64,000 nucleotides of DNA from Tubiluchus corallicola. Lineage: Eukaryota > Animalia > Priapulida. How positions within the stretch are numbered: the first letter of the stretch is position 1; every line of letters starts with the position of its first letter. The DNA is taken from assembly GCA_030141605.1 (NCBI GenBank), contig JAQGDQ010000119.1:305005-369004 (forward strand). The letters run 5' to 3'. The translations under genes and the position numbers were made by a program. The notes beneath the pieces are model-generated. The model ran no database searches. It had not been told where the DNA came from and worked only from the letters and a program-made list of their open reading frames with translations. Of this stretch, positions 38,754 to 50,274 are shown piece by piece.

Positions 38754-39461
38754 CTATAATCAAAAAATGACGTTAGATTATCTAAAAACACACAACTCAA
38801 GCATGTGTTTGTGTATTTATCAATTTCAACAGCTACTCACAAAATTTATCAAAACGTTGATTACAAAATACTGTGCAGAAACCTAAAGAAAAATTCTTTG
38901 AAATTTTACAACTGTGTAAAGCAAATATACAAATCACTGCAGAATGATACTCTAACAGTCTAAAAATGAGACACCTGTTGCTAAGAAAAAGCAGAACAAG
39001 GCCTAAATCAAAAAACTTACTAATAATAAAGAATTATGATTTCAAGTTTTCCAACTTCAGCACAAGAAAATAGACGAAAATTGCTTTTGTGTTTGCCGAT
39101 CACACTCAATTAAAACTCCGAATTCACAAATTTAATTCGTTTTTATTTAATAAATGTTAATTTTGTAAGTTCATAAATTTAATGACTCCTATCCAATTCT
39201 TGCCAATACATGAATGTGCTACATAGCTGTGACAAGGGAGACGGTATCGTCCTATGCCCAGGTGCACCATGGACTGCTCCTTCGATATTAAATTGGATGA
39301 TTTAAATTAAATGCAAACAGTTGAAAGTCAAACCAATGTGCACCACATACTGTACTTGTAACTATGGTGCAGACGAAGCAAACTGTCCAATGGCAACTGC
39401 ACATGAGGAACATGCATGTGTGTGTGTTTAATTCTCTAAAGGCAACAGCTATAGTATTTAC

Positions 39462-39591
39462 CTTCGTTTCTTTGGTACAGCCCATAAAATGTTATCTCCT
39501 AGTAAACGTTCTAACATAGATTGTGATTCACTTGGATTCGTCACCGTTTCATACCTTTCGCATACAGCTGGACAGGCTAATGCATATGAGG
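39462..39591 (-). CDS. MRPL32: MRPL32 exon 2 (SYALACPAVC...GDNILWAVPKKR)
   Basis: WAVPKKRR marks the start of mature bL32m. Boundaries ttgcag / gtaaat. Confidence 0.93.
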
Positions 39592-40319
39592 CTGCAAAAC
39601 ACACAAACACATCTCAAAGATGTACATGCGTGTGCGTACATATCTGTGTGAGTGTATATGTACAAAATTATATAATGCAGGCATGCTGAATTGTCCCTTT
39701 TGTGCAGACTGCACGGTGTTCATTAATTATTTAACAAATTTTTCTTAAATCATACTATAATTGCCACATTTGTGCAAGATAACTATTGCACAATGAACAA
39801 AGTAAAAAAACATGGAAAGAAAGATCTAAATGAGGTTTAGAGGCTAAATCACTGTACTACTGCATGTTACTGCACAGTTAATTAAAATTTAAAGAGTGCA
39901 GTTGCTAATCAAATTAAATATCTCAGTCATCACCAACAATACGTACCCTCGTAGCTTAACTTAACTTGTGTAGAGTTCTTTCTTATGTCTCTAGTGCAGA
40001 ATTCAAGAATTATATCTTAATTTTGTTGTATTAACAAAAATTTGATTTATAAATGTACTGATGATGCATAACTATTTGTTCATTGCAAAATAAATCGATT
40101 GAAATGAAAAAAATTGAATCATGTGGTAGAGCAAGTGCTGTGAAATCACCGAATCACCAACAATGATCGAAGCCAAAAAATGCATTATGTTACTCATTAG
40201 GATATTCTCATTGTCAAATCTTGCATAATCCCTTATTATTTCGCTATAAATTCTTGTACATTTGTATTTGAGCAGTATTGCATGATGGCAATTTTGACCA
40301 AATAATAAATTCATTCAAA

Positions 40320-40412
40320 TCGTAGAAGTTCATTTTTTCACGGCGTGTAGTGAACAAGTGGAACAGTTTGCCAGAAAGAGTGGTTAGTGCACCGAATTTA
40401 AACCTTTTTAAG
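40320..40412 (+). mobile_element. CR1 LINE 3' fragment in MRPL32 intron 1
   Basis: Translates as RSSFFSRRVVNKWNSLPERVVSAPNLNLF. Confidence 0.7.
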
Positions 40413-40562
40413 GAGAGACTGGCGGCCTCGCGATAGCCACGCTTAAGAAGCCAAAATTATTATGAAAGATTATAATTACGAAAGATAAATTTAAATATTC
40501 AACGGTGGTTTCAAAAACAACCGGTTTTTCATTCAAATGTCTATACTTGGCAGTTGAGATAC

Positions 40563-40653
40563 CTTCAGGGTAGCCTCCTCTTAGGAAAAGCAACGCACGG
40601 TTTTCCAAATTCATCACCAAATACCTTAACTTATTTATCAAAGAAGCAGCCAT
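40563..40653 (-). CDS. MRPL32: MRPL32 exon 1 (MAASLINKLRYLVMNLENRALLFLRGGYPE), mitochondrial presequence
   Basis: ATG with G|gtatct donor, phase 1 joins exon 2. The total CDS is 573 nt = 190 aa plus stop. Confidence 0.85.
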
Positions 40654-40999
40654 ACTTGTTCAATCTGCATGTGAAATAAATTTTCAGGTACTACGACGCA
40701 GCTGCATTCACGTCTGCAATTTCAATTCACATTAGTTTTTTGGCATGCAGAACGAAACTGATCGGTGAAGTAAAACTTGTGAGCAACAACTAAATAATGC
40801 AAAATTTGTTGCAAAATGAACCTAGAAGTTTCTGATCCAGATCACTGGTACCACTAATTCTTCTATTTCTGCCAAAGTAAAGATATGTTAGACAGATGTA
40901 AACATATTTTTATTTTATTTCATGTTCATTTAAAATATACATTAAAAAACTATAAAACAGTAAAAACATCAATGTGGCCTATATACGCCTATCATACAC

Positions 41000-41330
41000 A
41001 AGACATGTATCAAAAAACCAAATCTTCAATCTATTTTCAACAAGGTTAGAAATACCTGCAGTGACCAAAAATGCATCATATATCGAACAGGGTAAGGAGT
41101 TCAATACTTGAACAACACGGTTGGAGAAGAAAAATCTAAAGAGTCTTTTATTCATTCTACAAACATATACAGCTTGAGAATATAACTACTTTTTGTCCTG
41201 CTCTTGTAAAAAGCTTTTCGGTATTTAAATCAACATCCCTATGAATTATTTTGTAGCACATGACCAAATCATTTAGTAATTCTTTCCTCTAATGACCTTA
41301 GATGAAGGGTTTTAAGTCTTTCTGGAAGTT
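41000..41330 (-). mobile_element. CR1-type LINE 3' remnant
   Basis: The minus strand contains FFFSNRVVQVLNSLP. Confidence 0.55.
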
Positions 41331-42259
41331 GACAACATTACCATTCAAAAATAGATCAATCAACACAATAACAAGATAAAGCTTTTTAGTTCACATTTTA
41401 TTACAATGTGTAAAGAATATAGTTAAATTTATAGTAATCAACTTCTTGATACAGAATTCAATCAAATAATGGGCTACACACCTCCTCATGGCAACACAAA
41501 TAATTTATTTATTTTATCATATGTCACTGAAACATAGCAAGCTTTCAAAAGTTCAACATGCCTGCAGTATTAAAAATAATCTACTTTACCATGGGTTTAC
41601 CTACATGAAATCAACTAGTACATATATATCAATAATGAAAGCAACTCATTTCAAGCAAAAAATTTAATGTCTTCTATGAAGCATGTAGATTGTAGAAACT
41701 AAGTAACACAGCAAAACAATGCTATAAATTTGGACTTATTTCTATACATTTTGGCCCTCTGCAAGCTAGGACCTAACAGTGACTGGCAAACACAGAGGCA
41801 GCCAATCAGAGTCACCTATCATGCTCGACAAGCTCAACTTCATTCACTAGGTTCCTACTAGGACAGAGAGCATTCTCTGGCAGAATTTAGAATTGAACTC
41901 AAATTAAATCGAATTTCGAGATTTGAATCCGAATCCAAATTAAGACTTTCGAATACATTTTCGGAGCATTAATAAAAAGCTGCCTCACAATGATCATGCA
42001 CATTACTTGATTTTTTCTGCAGAAAAGACACTAATGATTTGTTTAAAAATTTTGTACAATAGTCACAGCCAAATTGTGCTGATTGGTAGTGAATGTATCA
42101 AATGTTTTATGATAAAGAAGGTACATAGTTGAACAACTGAATTATTTGAATCAATAATTATAGGTTCAAATCAAATTTATTCAAAATCAAAATTAAAAAA
42201 AACTCATTCGAATTCAATTCGAACGGTCGAAGTAAAATGTTCAATGCTCATCCTTAGTT

Positions 42260-45101
42260 CCCACCAGGACCATTCTCCAATGTTTGGAGCATTGTTTATA
42301 AGGGAAGGATGGAAAACAGTCAAATGTTGTAGGTTGATATTCACATATTGAATAGCAGAACCACACATTTTGAATCCTTAAGTACCAATTCTTAGAAGGC
42401 TCGACGCAAACAGAGGAAATATCCATACCGACCATGATCCTGAGTTCGAATCCCAGCTACTCCTGAGGGGTGTGCGAGGCCTTGCAGATTCATAAGACAC
42501 ATGAGTACACATGAGTATGCACGAAAGTGTCTTAATAAATGTGTGGAGAGACAAAAACTTGGTTATGATTACCATTTCAAGTTTCTCAACATGAATGTTG
42601 GCAAATGGGTATGGTAGTGGTATCCCCCAGCTACCAGGAAGAAACTAGGTCTAAGTTGGCAAGGGCCTTACCTGGTAGGGCAGAAGATCACAGAGGTGCT
42701 CCTCAAAATTCAGCAAAGAAAATCTTCCATGCCTAAGGTAGTTCATGTTGATAATTTAAAACCATATCATTTGGATGAGTTACCAAGGATTGGACACAAG
42801 ATTTTCCTGACAAACAGCTTATAGACTATGATCGTCTGCAGAACAAAGATCATGGGGATGATGTTATTGGGAGATTCTTTGCAAATGTTGGAGTTGAACA
42901 AGATACTGATCAAGCTATCCAAAATAACATAAAAAACACTAGAAAGCACAGGAAAGAGGCTTTATTAAGCCCCCTAAATGACTAGATTTGTAAAGCAGCT
43001 GTTCTTTTCTTTTACAGAAAAATGTTATGGTGCGGAAAATGTAGATCATCACCGAGAAAAGAGCAAACCTGAATAGGCACACAAAAAGTGTGCATCAGAA
43101 GAACACTGTATTAAAAAGTACATCAGATCCACAACAGTCAAGGCCACTGTCCTTGCCATCACCATCTTTGTCCTGGGCAGACAATCCTCTAGATTTAACA
43201 GTTAAAAGACTTACGCAGCCCGACTTCTGTCTTAGTCTTAGCCAGTCCGGACAGTCTGCAACAATAGTGGAACTGCTCCACACAGGAAACATGTACTTCA
43301 GAATGAACTTGACAGCGTCAGAGAAAATTTACAGGAAGGAAGAAAGCAGGCTGTGAATGACACAGACAGGAAATGGAAAAGGAAACTAGAGAACAAGTAA
43401 AAAGGATTTGAAAAGCGACTACAGAAAGAGAGGCGAGAACACGAGAGAAACTTGATATTGCCTCAACAAACATATGTATCTAAACTTTCTGTAAAGACTG
43501 CAGAAAGGAAACTTCACTATGCACCGACTGTGGCTGAAAAGCTACCGGAAGTGATAAAATTAACAGAGGCTAAAAAGTCTGCTGTGGCAGGAAAGCCACT
43601 GATGTTATGAATGGCCAAAACTGGAAAATCTGGCATGGCTGAGAAGCCACCACCCACTTCCACCTCTTCAAATCTTTACCTCTTCAGAGGCTGAAAAGCT
43701 GCCAGCGGCCAGAACCAAAGCATCCCGAGATAAATTTCAAAGGAAAAGAGCCAGGATTATTGAAAGTTCTAGCTCGAGTTCTGGCTCATCTTCCTCCTCA
43801 TCTTCCACCTCCTCTTCCAAGGATGAGGAGAACTTCCAGCTACGGGAGGCTGCAAAGTAATTGTGGAAAGGATTAGTGAAAAGACCATGAAAGAAGCATA
43901 AAGTGATCAGAAGATCAACAGTACTGCTTAAAAAACTTTGTTAGTGACATTTCTCCATGTAATTATGTGGTACAAAAGTGTAACAGTTGATTACGAAAGC
44001 CAAACATGTTGTTGATATTTTGTGCTTATGTTTTATCTCATCGTGTATTTTGCGATACCAAGTGATAATTTTTTATTGTTGTTTAAAAATATTTTTTACT
44101 ATATTTTACACTATTATACATGTACAATGTTTATCCAATTACATTTTTTAAAGACTATTGTCAAAGTTCTAAGTTATTCTTCCTTGTTATATTTTTGATT
44201 TTGGTGGAACTTGGTTGGACATCTGAGGTGCAGACTGGATCATCCGCAGGCAGATGAAGGATTCAAGAAGGGGGGAGTGTGGTGTTTTACACTTGCTCAC
44301 CTCCCCTCACCTTAATTGTTCTGAACAAGAATTGCTATTTTACCTTCAACAACAGTAAATTAGCTAATAAGAGTGGAATCAGCGGCTATTATAATAATTA
44401 CATGCACTTGCATGAACAGCGTCAGGGTGCCGCAATCTTTGTTTAAATGTGGAGTGAGACAACAAACCAACATGCCCCAAAATTAAATTAAATATGCTAA
44501 ATAATTACATTATATCTTTGCTAATAGTAAGATGAAATCTGTAAAGTGTTAAAACAATTCTAGAATACATTTATTATGTAAAATTAATATTATAATAATC
44601 AGTTATCAACAATATATACATTGGGCAATAGCTGGCAGTTTGTTGCCAGGTACACAAACTCTACAGAAGTCACTTGACGAAGTCAGATAAAACCTCTATA
44701 AAAGACTAGTTTGGACAGCAAAAAGAGAGAGAACTAGTGAATAAGCAACACTGCTGAATAAGCAGAAAGACTTGGAAGCTATACTTTTAATATCTGAACA
44801 AGGTAAGTGCTATTTCCTGAGTCCAGTGCAGAAAATGCACAGGTTCTAGTAAGGTGCAGCATATGCACAGGACCAGTGTAGAAATACACAAGATTTAACT
44901 CTGTCAGGTAACCCTGCCAGGAGAGTCACTGGCTTGGATAAAGCTAGTCATAGACCTGCTTGCCTTGTCATAGGCACTGAACAAGTGTAATGCTATACTG
45001 AATAAGTATAGCTATGCTGTTCTCTACTAGTGGAGCAGTGTTGTGTAGGCAGCAGATTGGCATGTAATTGGAAAGCTCTCCTATCCTGAGTTGCTTACAC
45101 A
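42260..45101 (+). mobile_element. Decayed Ty3/Gypsy LTR retrotransposon, 3' half: integrase remnant, accessory ORF, PPT and 3' LTR (44278-45101)
   Basis: IHTDHDPEFESQ (integrase core) and KLGLSWQGPYLV...KVVHVDNLKPY (GPY/F module). PPT AAGAAGGGGGGAG precedes TGTGG at 44278. TATAAAA lies at 44697, and the LTR probably ends TTACACA at 45101. Confidence 0.8.
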
Positions 45102-45735
45102 GTGCTAACACATTTCGAAGAATGCTCTCTGTTGGCCCGAGATAGGCCCTCGCGATGGCGGTGGGCTCAGGAAGTTTGCAGATTATCTTAGGTCATGTAA
45201 TGCAGCTATGAACTCCATACCTAGTAAGCAAATTTTAAATGATGAACTAGAAAACAAGAAACTGTTACAGAAACTACCTGACTGGCTTACTTTGAGATGG
45301 GCAAGACAAGCTTACGAATATCACAGAATATATGGAAGATTTCTTCCACTAAGAGTGTTCCTTAAGTTTTTAGAAAAAGTCTGATCTGGTATTTGATCTG
45401 ATATTATCACTAGAAGCTTTGAGAATATAAAATAAGAATATTCCAAGAAGATGAGTTGTAGCATCTGCCTTTGCCACTGATACGTTGGCGGAAGATCAAT
45501 TGGTGTCCTCAAAATCTTTTGCAAAATTAAGGTGTTTATGTTGTAATGGAGAACATAAATTAAGTGACTATGATAGATTCAAAGCCAAGCCACTTGAAAA
45601 GTGAAAAGAGTTTGCCCAACAGAATGAGCTTTGGTTTGGTTGCCTAAGGCATGGACATATATACAGGCAATGCAGAGATAGGAGTTTGTGTGAGATGTTT
45701 GGCAAGCATCATCCAATGCCTCTTCATGTTGATGC
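45102..45735 (+). mobile_element. BEL/Pao retrotransposon gag remnant
   Basis: WPEIGPRDGGGLRKFADYLRSC..LNDELENKKLLQKLPDWL and a triple Zn-knuckle region CLCCNGEH..FGCLRHGHIYRQC..LCEMFGKHHPMPLH with internal stops. Confidence 0.85.
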
Positions 45736-46701
45736 GACAGTAAAGCAGTTGGCAGAAAATAAAGTGGGGCGTACCAACAAGAGCAAGCCAGTCAAGGAAA
45801 CTACGCTTAGGGCCATTTTTGGCTAATAAGTGAAAGTGTCATTTGCATTGTTGAATATTATCTGAACTCTCCTTGTACAAGTGGCAAATTTAGGGCACGG
45901 TTTTCATGGTCTTGGATTCGAGTTCAGGTTTTATGATCTTGTGTTCGATTCCTTTGTTTATTCAATGCTCCTTATTTGAGACAAGTTTGAAATCAGTTAT
46001 TATTCGTATTTATGTATTCACTATGTTCACTATGTTTATGCTAAACTTCTGTGCTCCTTAGCACGTCTTGCAAAAGCTTTGTTCTAAAGGTTTTGTTTAT
46101 TAGAGCATTGGTTATTAGACTTTTCTTGTCAAATGCAGAAATAATAAATTTGTTTTTAGTAAAGAAGTATGTCTCATACAGTAATTGCTTATTACGATAA
46201 TGAGTTATAACCAATTATATATGTTGCCTGCTGGCGCAAACAAAGTGTGTACAAATGCTGTGAATTGGCAATAGCACAATTTAAATAGCACGTAATTACA
46301 TTTCAGTGTTGTTTATTATTAAGATGCGATAATTCCGTGTCAATTTGCAGTCAGCTATCTATGTATAATTGATTTAACGGATTACGATATGGTTTGATTC
46401 TGAGTTTGAGTATAGCGTATTACCAGCATACATAACTTAATTCATTGTAGCGTAGATCGAGTTTCCTTGATTGAGGAGCCATGTTTGTGATGAGTTGCCT
46501 AATTAGCCATTTATACTGTATGTTTTTTGTCTCTGCATTAGCAATAGTTGTAATACACAAGTAGCGATGTAACGTCATAATTTTCGGGGGTTTTGTTGCA
46601 CTGTTTTGTGCATGTTCTCAAGTTTGTATGTGACATTTGTTACTATTTTGAGTGTACAGTTTAGAAATTAGCTATTAACATTAAACTAATTTGAGGAGCT
46701 A

Positions 46702-46990
46702 TGTAATTGCCATGAGTTTAGTGTGCTACCTACAAGATGGTGCCAGGATACAATTTCTCTAAATTTCAACTGCGTGCGCACTGGCATTATTTGCGTGTTC
46801 ATCACGTACTCTGTGCTGAGGTTTGAGAGGAATCACACATACTCACGGCAGGTCGGAGTCATTGAGACGGACAATGTTATTCAAATTTTAATTAATTTCT
46901 ATGAAATTAATTTGAGTGCCGTAATAAACGTACTGTTTGATACTCAATAAGTTCAACTTTTGTATCCTCGACCACCAGTGAACATAACTC
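46702..46990 (+). mobile_element. Possible BEL/Pao 3' LTR
   Basis: Purine tract GAGGAG..., then TGTAAT start, internal AATAAA and an ..AACATAAC end, downstream of the BEL gag. Confidence 0.35.
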
Positions 46991-48151
46991 CAAATAAACC
47001 TCATGAGTCAACAGAGTGCAAAGCAGTCACAATGTGGGAGGTAATCCATCCTCTAACAATCATTGACGGACATTATCTAAAGGCAACTAGCAACTTTTCT
47101 GTATAGATACAATTAGGGAGTGTTACAACTGATGAAGTTATTCATGTAATTCCTGGTATGAATGGGTTAGCCCTTGTATGGCATGGTACACACAAACTAG
47201 GTCTAATGTCAACTGATTTCCAATGTTTGTAAGGACACTAAGGAAAGCTAACACAGATGATATTACTGAATAGCAAGGTGAATATCGAGAGGTCAAGATG
47301 CACATTTTGCATCTGAAGTTAAGCATTGTCGAGGCTGGTCAGTGACTGGACGATAAATGCCAAGTTCGATACACGTTCTTTCGTATTTCACTTACAATAC
47401 TTTTTCTGTTTGTTTTACATTGAGGTAGGACAGTGATCAAAACCCCTTTGCCAGTTCATTGTCTCTCTTTCTAGAGAATTCCAACTCTGTCAAAACCATC
47501 CACGTTAAGCGGCTCTGCCAATGAGTGATGAAGCACTCTCCATTGAGGGTGCTGTTATTTGGATAGCAGCAGCTTAGATGACTGGAGCTACCTGGAATTA
47601 AAAAGATGGCTGGGAAGCTGCAAACTATGGGCTGAGCACCTTAGACCTTGACCTTTGTATTGATGGAGAATGGGAAAACCAATCTAACCCTGTTTAATAA
47701 TACCTACCCTAGTGAGCATATAACTAATATTCTTGTTGAGAGAATCACTCATCAATAACAGTCATTCTGTCACACAGTAAACAATAATTACAACGATGCC
47801 CAGTGCTTGCTGCAACAACGATGCAATAAAGTGCAGTTTACTTAGCAGTTTTCGGCAGTTCTAGCACTTCAGCAGCCAATTTATCCTACAAACAATAGAA
47901 CTGAATGGATCTACTGTTTAGAAGGTTGTTTATATTTGCTTACAACTTTGCTTTCTAAGCAAAGTGCAAACTTTCTTTACATTTGCAAGCACAAGTTTAT
48001 AACTTTTCTTTCTAAGCATTAAATTCATTCAGTTTTACTGTTTGTATTTTAAACTGGGCAATGATGGCTGCTAGGGCAGCTGAAATGTAGTGAATAAACC
48101 AGACTATTACGTGTACTACATCGTTTGTGTTTTGTTTCTGGCCGTGCTTCG

Positions 48152-48295
48152 ATAAGCTTTTTCACAGTTTCAGCGAATGATGATGATCGTGAGAAGGTCA
48201 TGCGACAGTTGTAGTTAAGTAAGGCACGCTGGGTTCAGTTAACCTTTGACCCACAGCAACTGTACATGCATGAAGTGAAACTGTGAAAGGCTTAT
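48152..48295. mobile_element. Small palindromic MITE
   Basis: ATAAGCTTTTTCACAGTTTCA / TGAAACTGTGAAAGGCTTAT inverted termini. Confidence 0.6.
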
Positions 48296-49111
48296 TTATA
48301 CATAAAAAAAAAATTACATAACAAAAGCCTAATCAGTTTTAACTGATCTTAAAAGATCTCGCTACAATATTACTGAAATGGCTAACAAAGCCTTATTTGC
48401 TTGTTAATGGAGTACCAAATGAGCATTCAGCAACAAACATTTCTAAAATTCAGAGGACATTATCTCTAACAATACATAAATCCTTTAGAATTGCCAATTT
48501 TTATTGGCTGTTGTAGAACATTTTGACTTTCCAAATAAGTGAACCCTTACAACACGAGAACTTTAAGAAAAATGCACCTTTGATATCTAAAAGAGTATAA
48601 CAATTTTGGTTGAAACATCAGTGGAAGGTTAAAAAATATATTTCCATGGTGAATGCTTAGAAAAGGCGAAACATCTATAGGAGGAAAATAATGAGATATT
48701 TTGCACTCCATGTATAAAAATAATTACTTATTTATTCGGAACTTAAAGCTTCCTATAGAATAACGTTTTTGGAAAATTAGCAATGATACGAACTTGAGAA
48801 ACAAAAATTCGTACTGCAGCTAAAACCATGATTCTTACCAGCAAACTCACCAGTACTGTGTTGGTGATAAATAATATGCAATTTTGTAACAAACTTTTAC
48901 AATAACTTCGAACAAAAAGAAACCATTGAAAACTCGAGGCATACATTAAACATGTGACTAGAAATTTAGAAAATGGCGACTAACTCGTGGTGATTTTACC
49001 TCTTAAACATTTGGCTTCCTTGCACATAATTCACAATCTCACAAAATTAAATAGCAAGACTAGAAAGCTCAGCAGAATCACAAAATGAATCACTTAAGGT
49101 GACGGGCGGCA

Positions 49112-49207
49112 TCATAAAGCAGCATTTAGTGCGGCACCTGTCGCAGCATCCATGGCTCGCTGGTCGTCCAAGACTATCGGTAACCTGTATTGTGTAGTCA
49201 ACTCTGC
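49112..49207 (-). CDS. SHPK: SHPK last exon (AELTTQYRLPIVLDDQRAMDAATGAALNAAL*)
   Basis: FGGY-kinase terminal DAA.GAAL motif. tttcag acceptor, TGA stop. Confidence 0.93.
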   Translation of the reverse strand, partial: AELTTQYRLPIVLDDQRAMDAATGAALNAAL

Positions 49208-49272
49208 CTGAAACAGAAGGAACCTTCCAGTTTAGTTATAACAGTGGCAACAGTAAAAGATACTGCTAATTC

Positions 49273-49560
49273 ACACATAGAAATTTTTGAATCATTATAT
49301 CTGTGGAACTATTTTACAAAACAGCACATAGCTATTTTTTAATCATTATTTGTGCAGAACTATTTTACAAAGTAACACTACACAAAATAGTTCTACACAA
49401 AATCGAAAGCTATTTTTGAATCATTATTTGGGTAGAACTGTTTCACAAAGCAACACATACTATTTTTGAATCATTATTTGTGTAGAACTACTTTACAAAG
49501 CAGCACATAGCTATTTTTGAATCATTATTTGTGTAAAACAATTTTACAAAACAGCATGTA
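49273..49560. repeat. ~51-bp tandem repeat (5 copies) with one internal inverted partial copy
   Basis: TTTTTGAATCATTATTTGTGTAGAACTATTTTACAAA is repeated. The inverted AAAATAGTTCTACACAAA lies at ~49384-49402. Confidence 0.85.
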
Positions 49561-50137
49561 GCAAACGAACATACTGTTGGAAAAAATACAATTACAAAAA
49601 AAGCTGTTTCATTATAACTGAGCACATTTTCATGGCAAAATTTAGTTCGATCAGACAGACAATACTTGTGTGACTATAAGCTTCACGATTGCTATATAGT
49701 CTTGCAAAATTAGGCTTTCAGAAATAAAAGTATTTACTTAGAGCACAGAAATTGGTCATTATTGTCGCTTATGCACTCAGTAGAGACACAGGAGCTTCAT
49801 TTAGAAGACATAGAAGCACACACTGGCTAGCTACTTAACTGTGGAAAAACTGTGCTAAATCATAATAACTGCAAGACAGAGAAAAGCATTAATTCAATAA
49901 TTTAGTAGCTTCCTCCCTTTACAGTGAAACAGCACATATATTCACACGTGATTTATTAAAGGATCAATAAACATCAATTTATGTATATATACATCATATA
50001 CGCAAATGTAAAGTAATGTGACGGTACACATGTGGAACGCAAATGGCATAGGTAAATACATTAATGGCTTGAGAATATCTGGTGTTATGGACAAAATTGT
50101 CAGTAAATTAGTCAATGAACATGCTTATTTTACTTAC

Positions 50138-50274
50138 TTGTAGGACTTTATTCCTAAGAAATGCTGAGCCGCTACCAACAATACGCGTAATTCCCGATTT
50201 GATAAGTACATCCCGTGACATCATACTGTGTAGGTTGGCGATTATCCCTGCACACAGTGACCTGAAAACTTTAC
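50138..50274 (-). CDS. SHPK: SHPK exon (KVFRSLCAGIIANLHSMM...RIVGSGSAFLRNKVLQ)
   Basis: Matches SHPK ALCRGIVQNLHSM..GSGSAL.RN.VL. Boundaries tttaag / gtaagt. Confidence 0.95.

Noticed and set aside
41863-45132. Perfect 14-bp inverted repeat ACAGAGAGCATTCT enclosing the Gypsy remnant
   Set aside because: No TSD is present, the right copy lies within BEL gag codons, and matches of this length are expected by chance in 64 kb.
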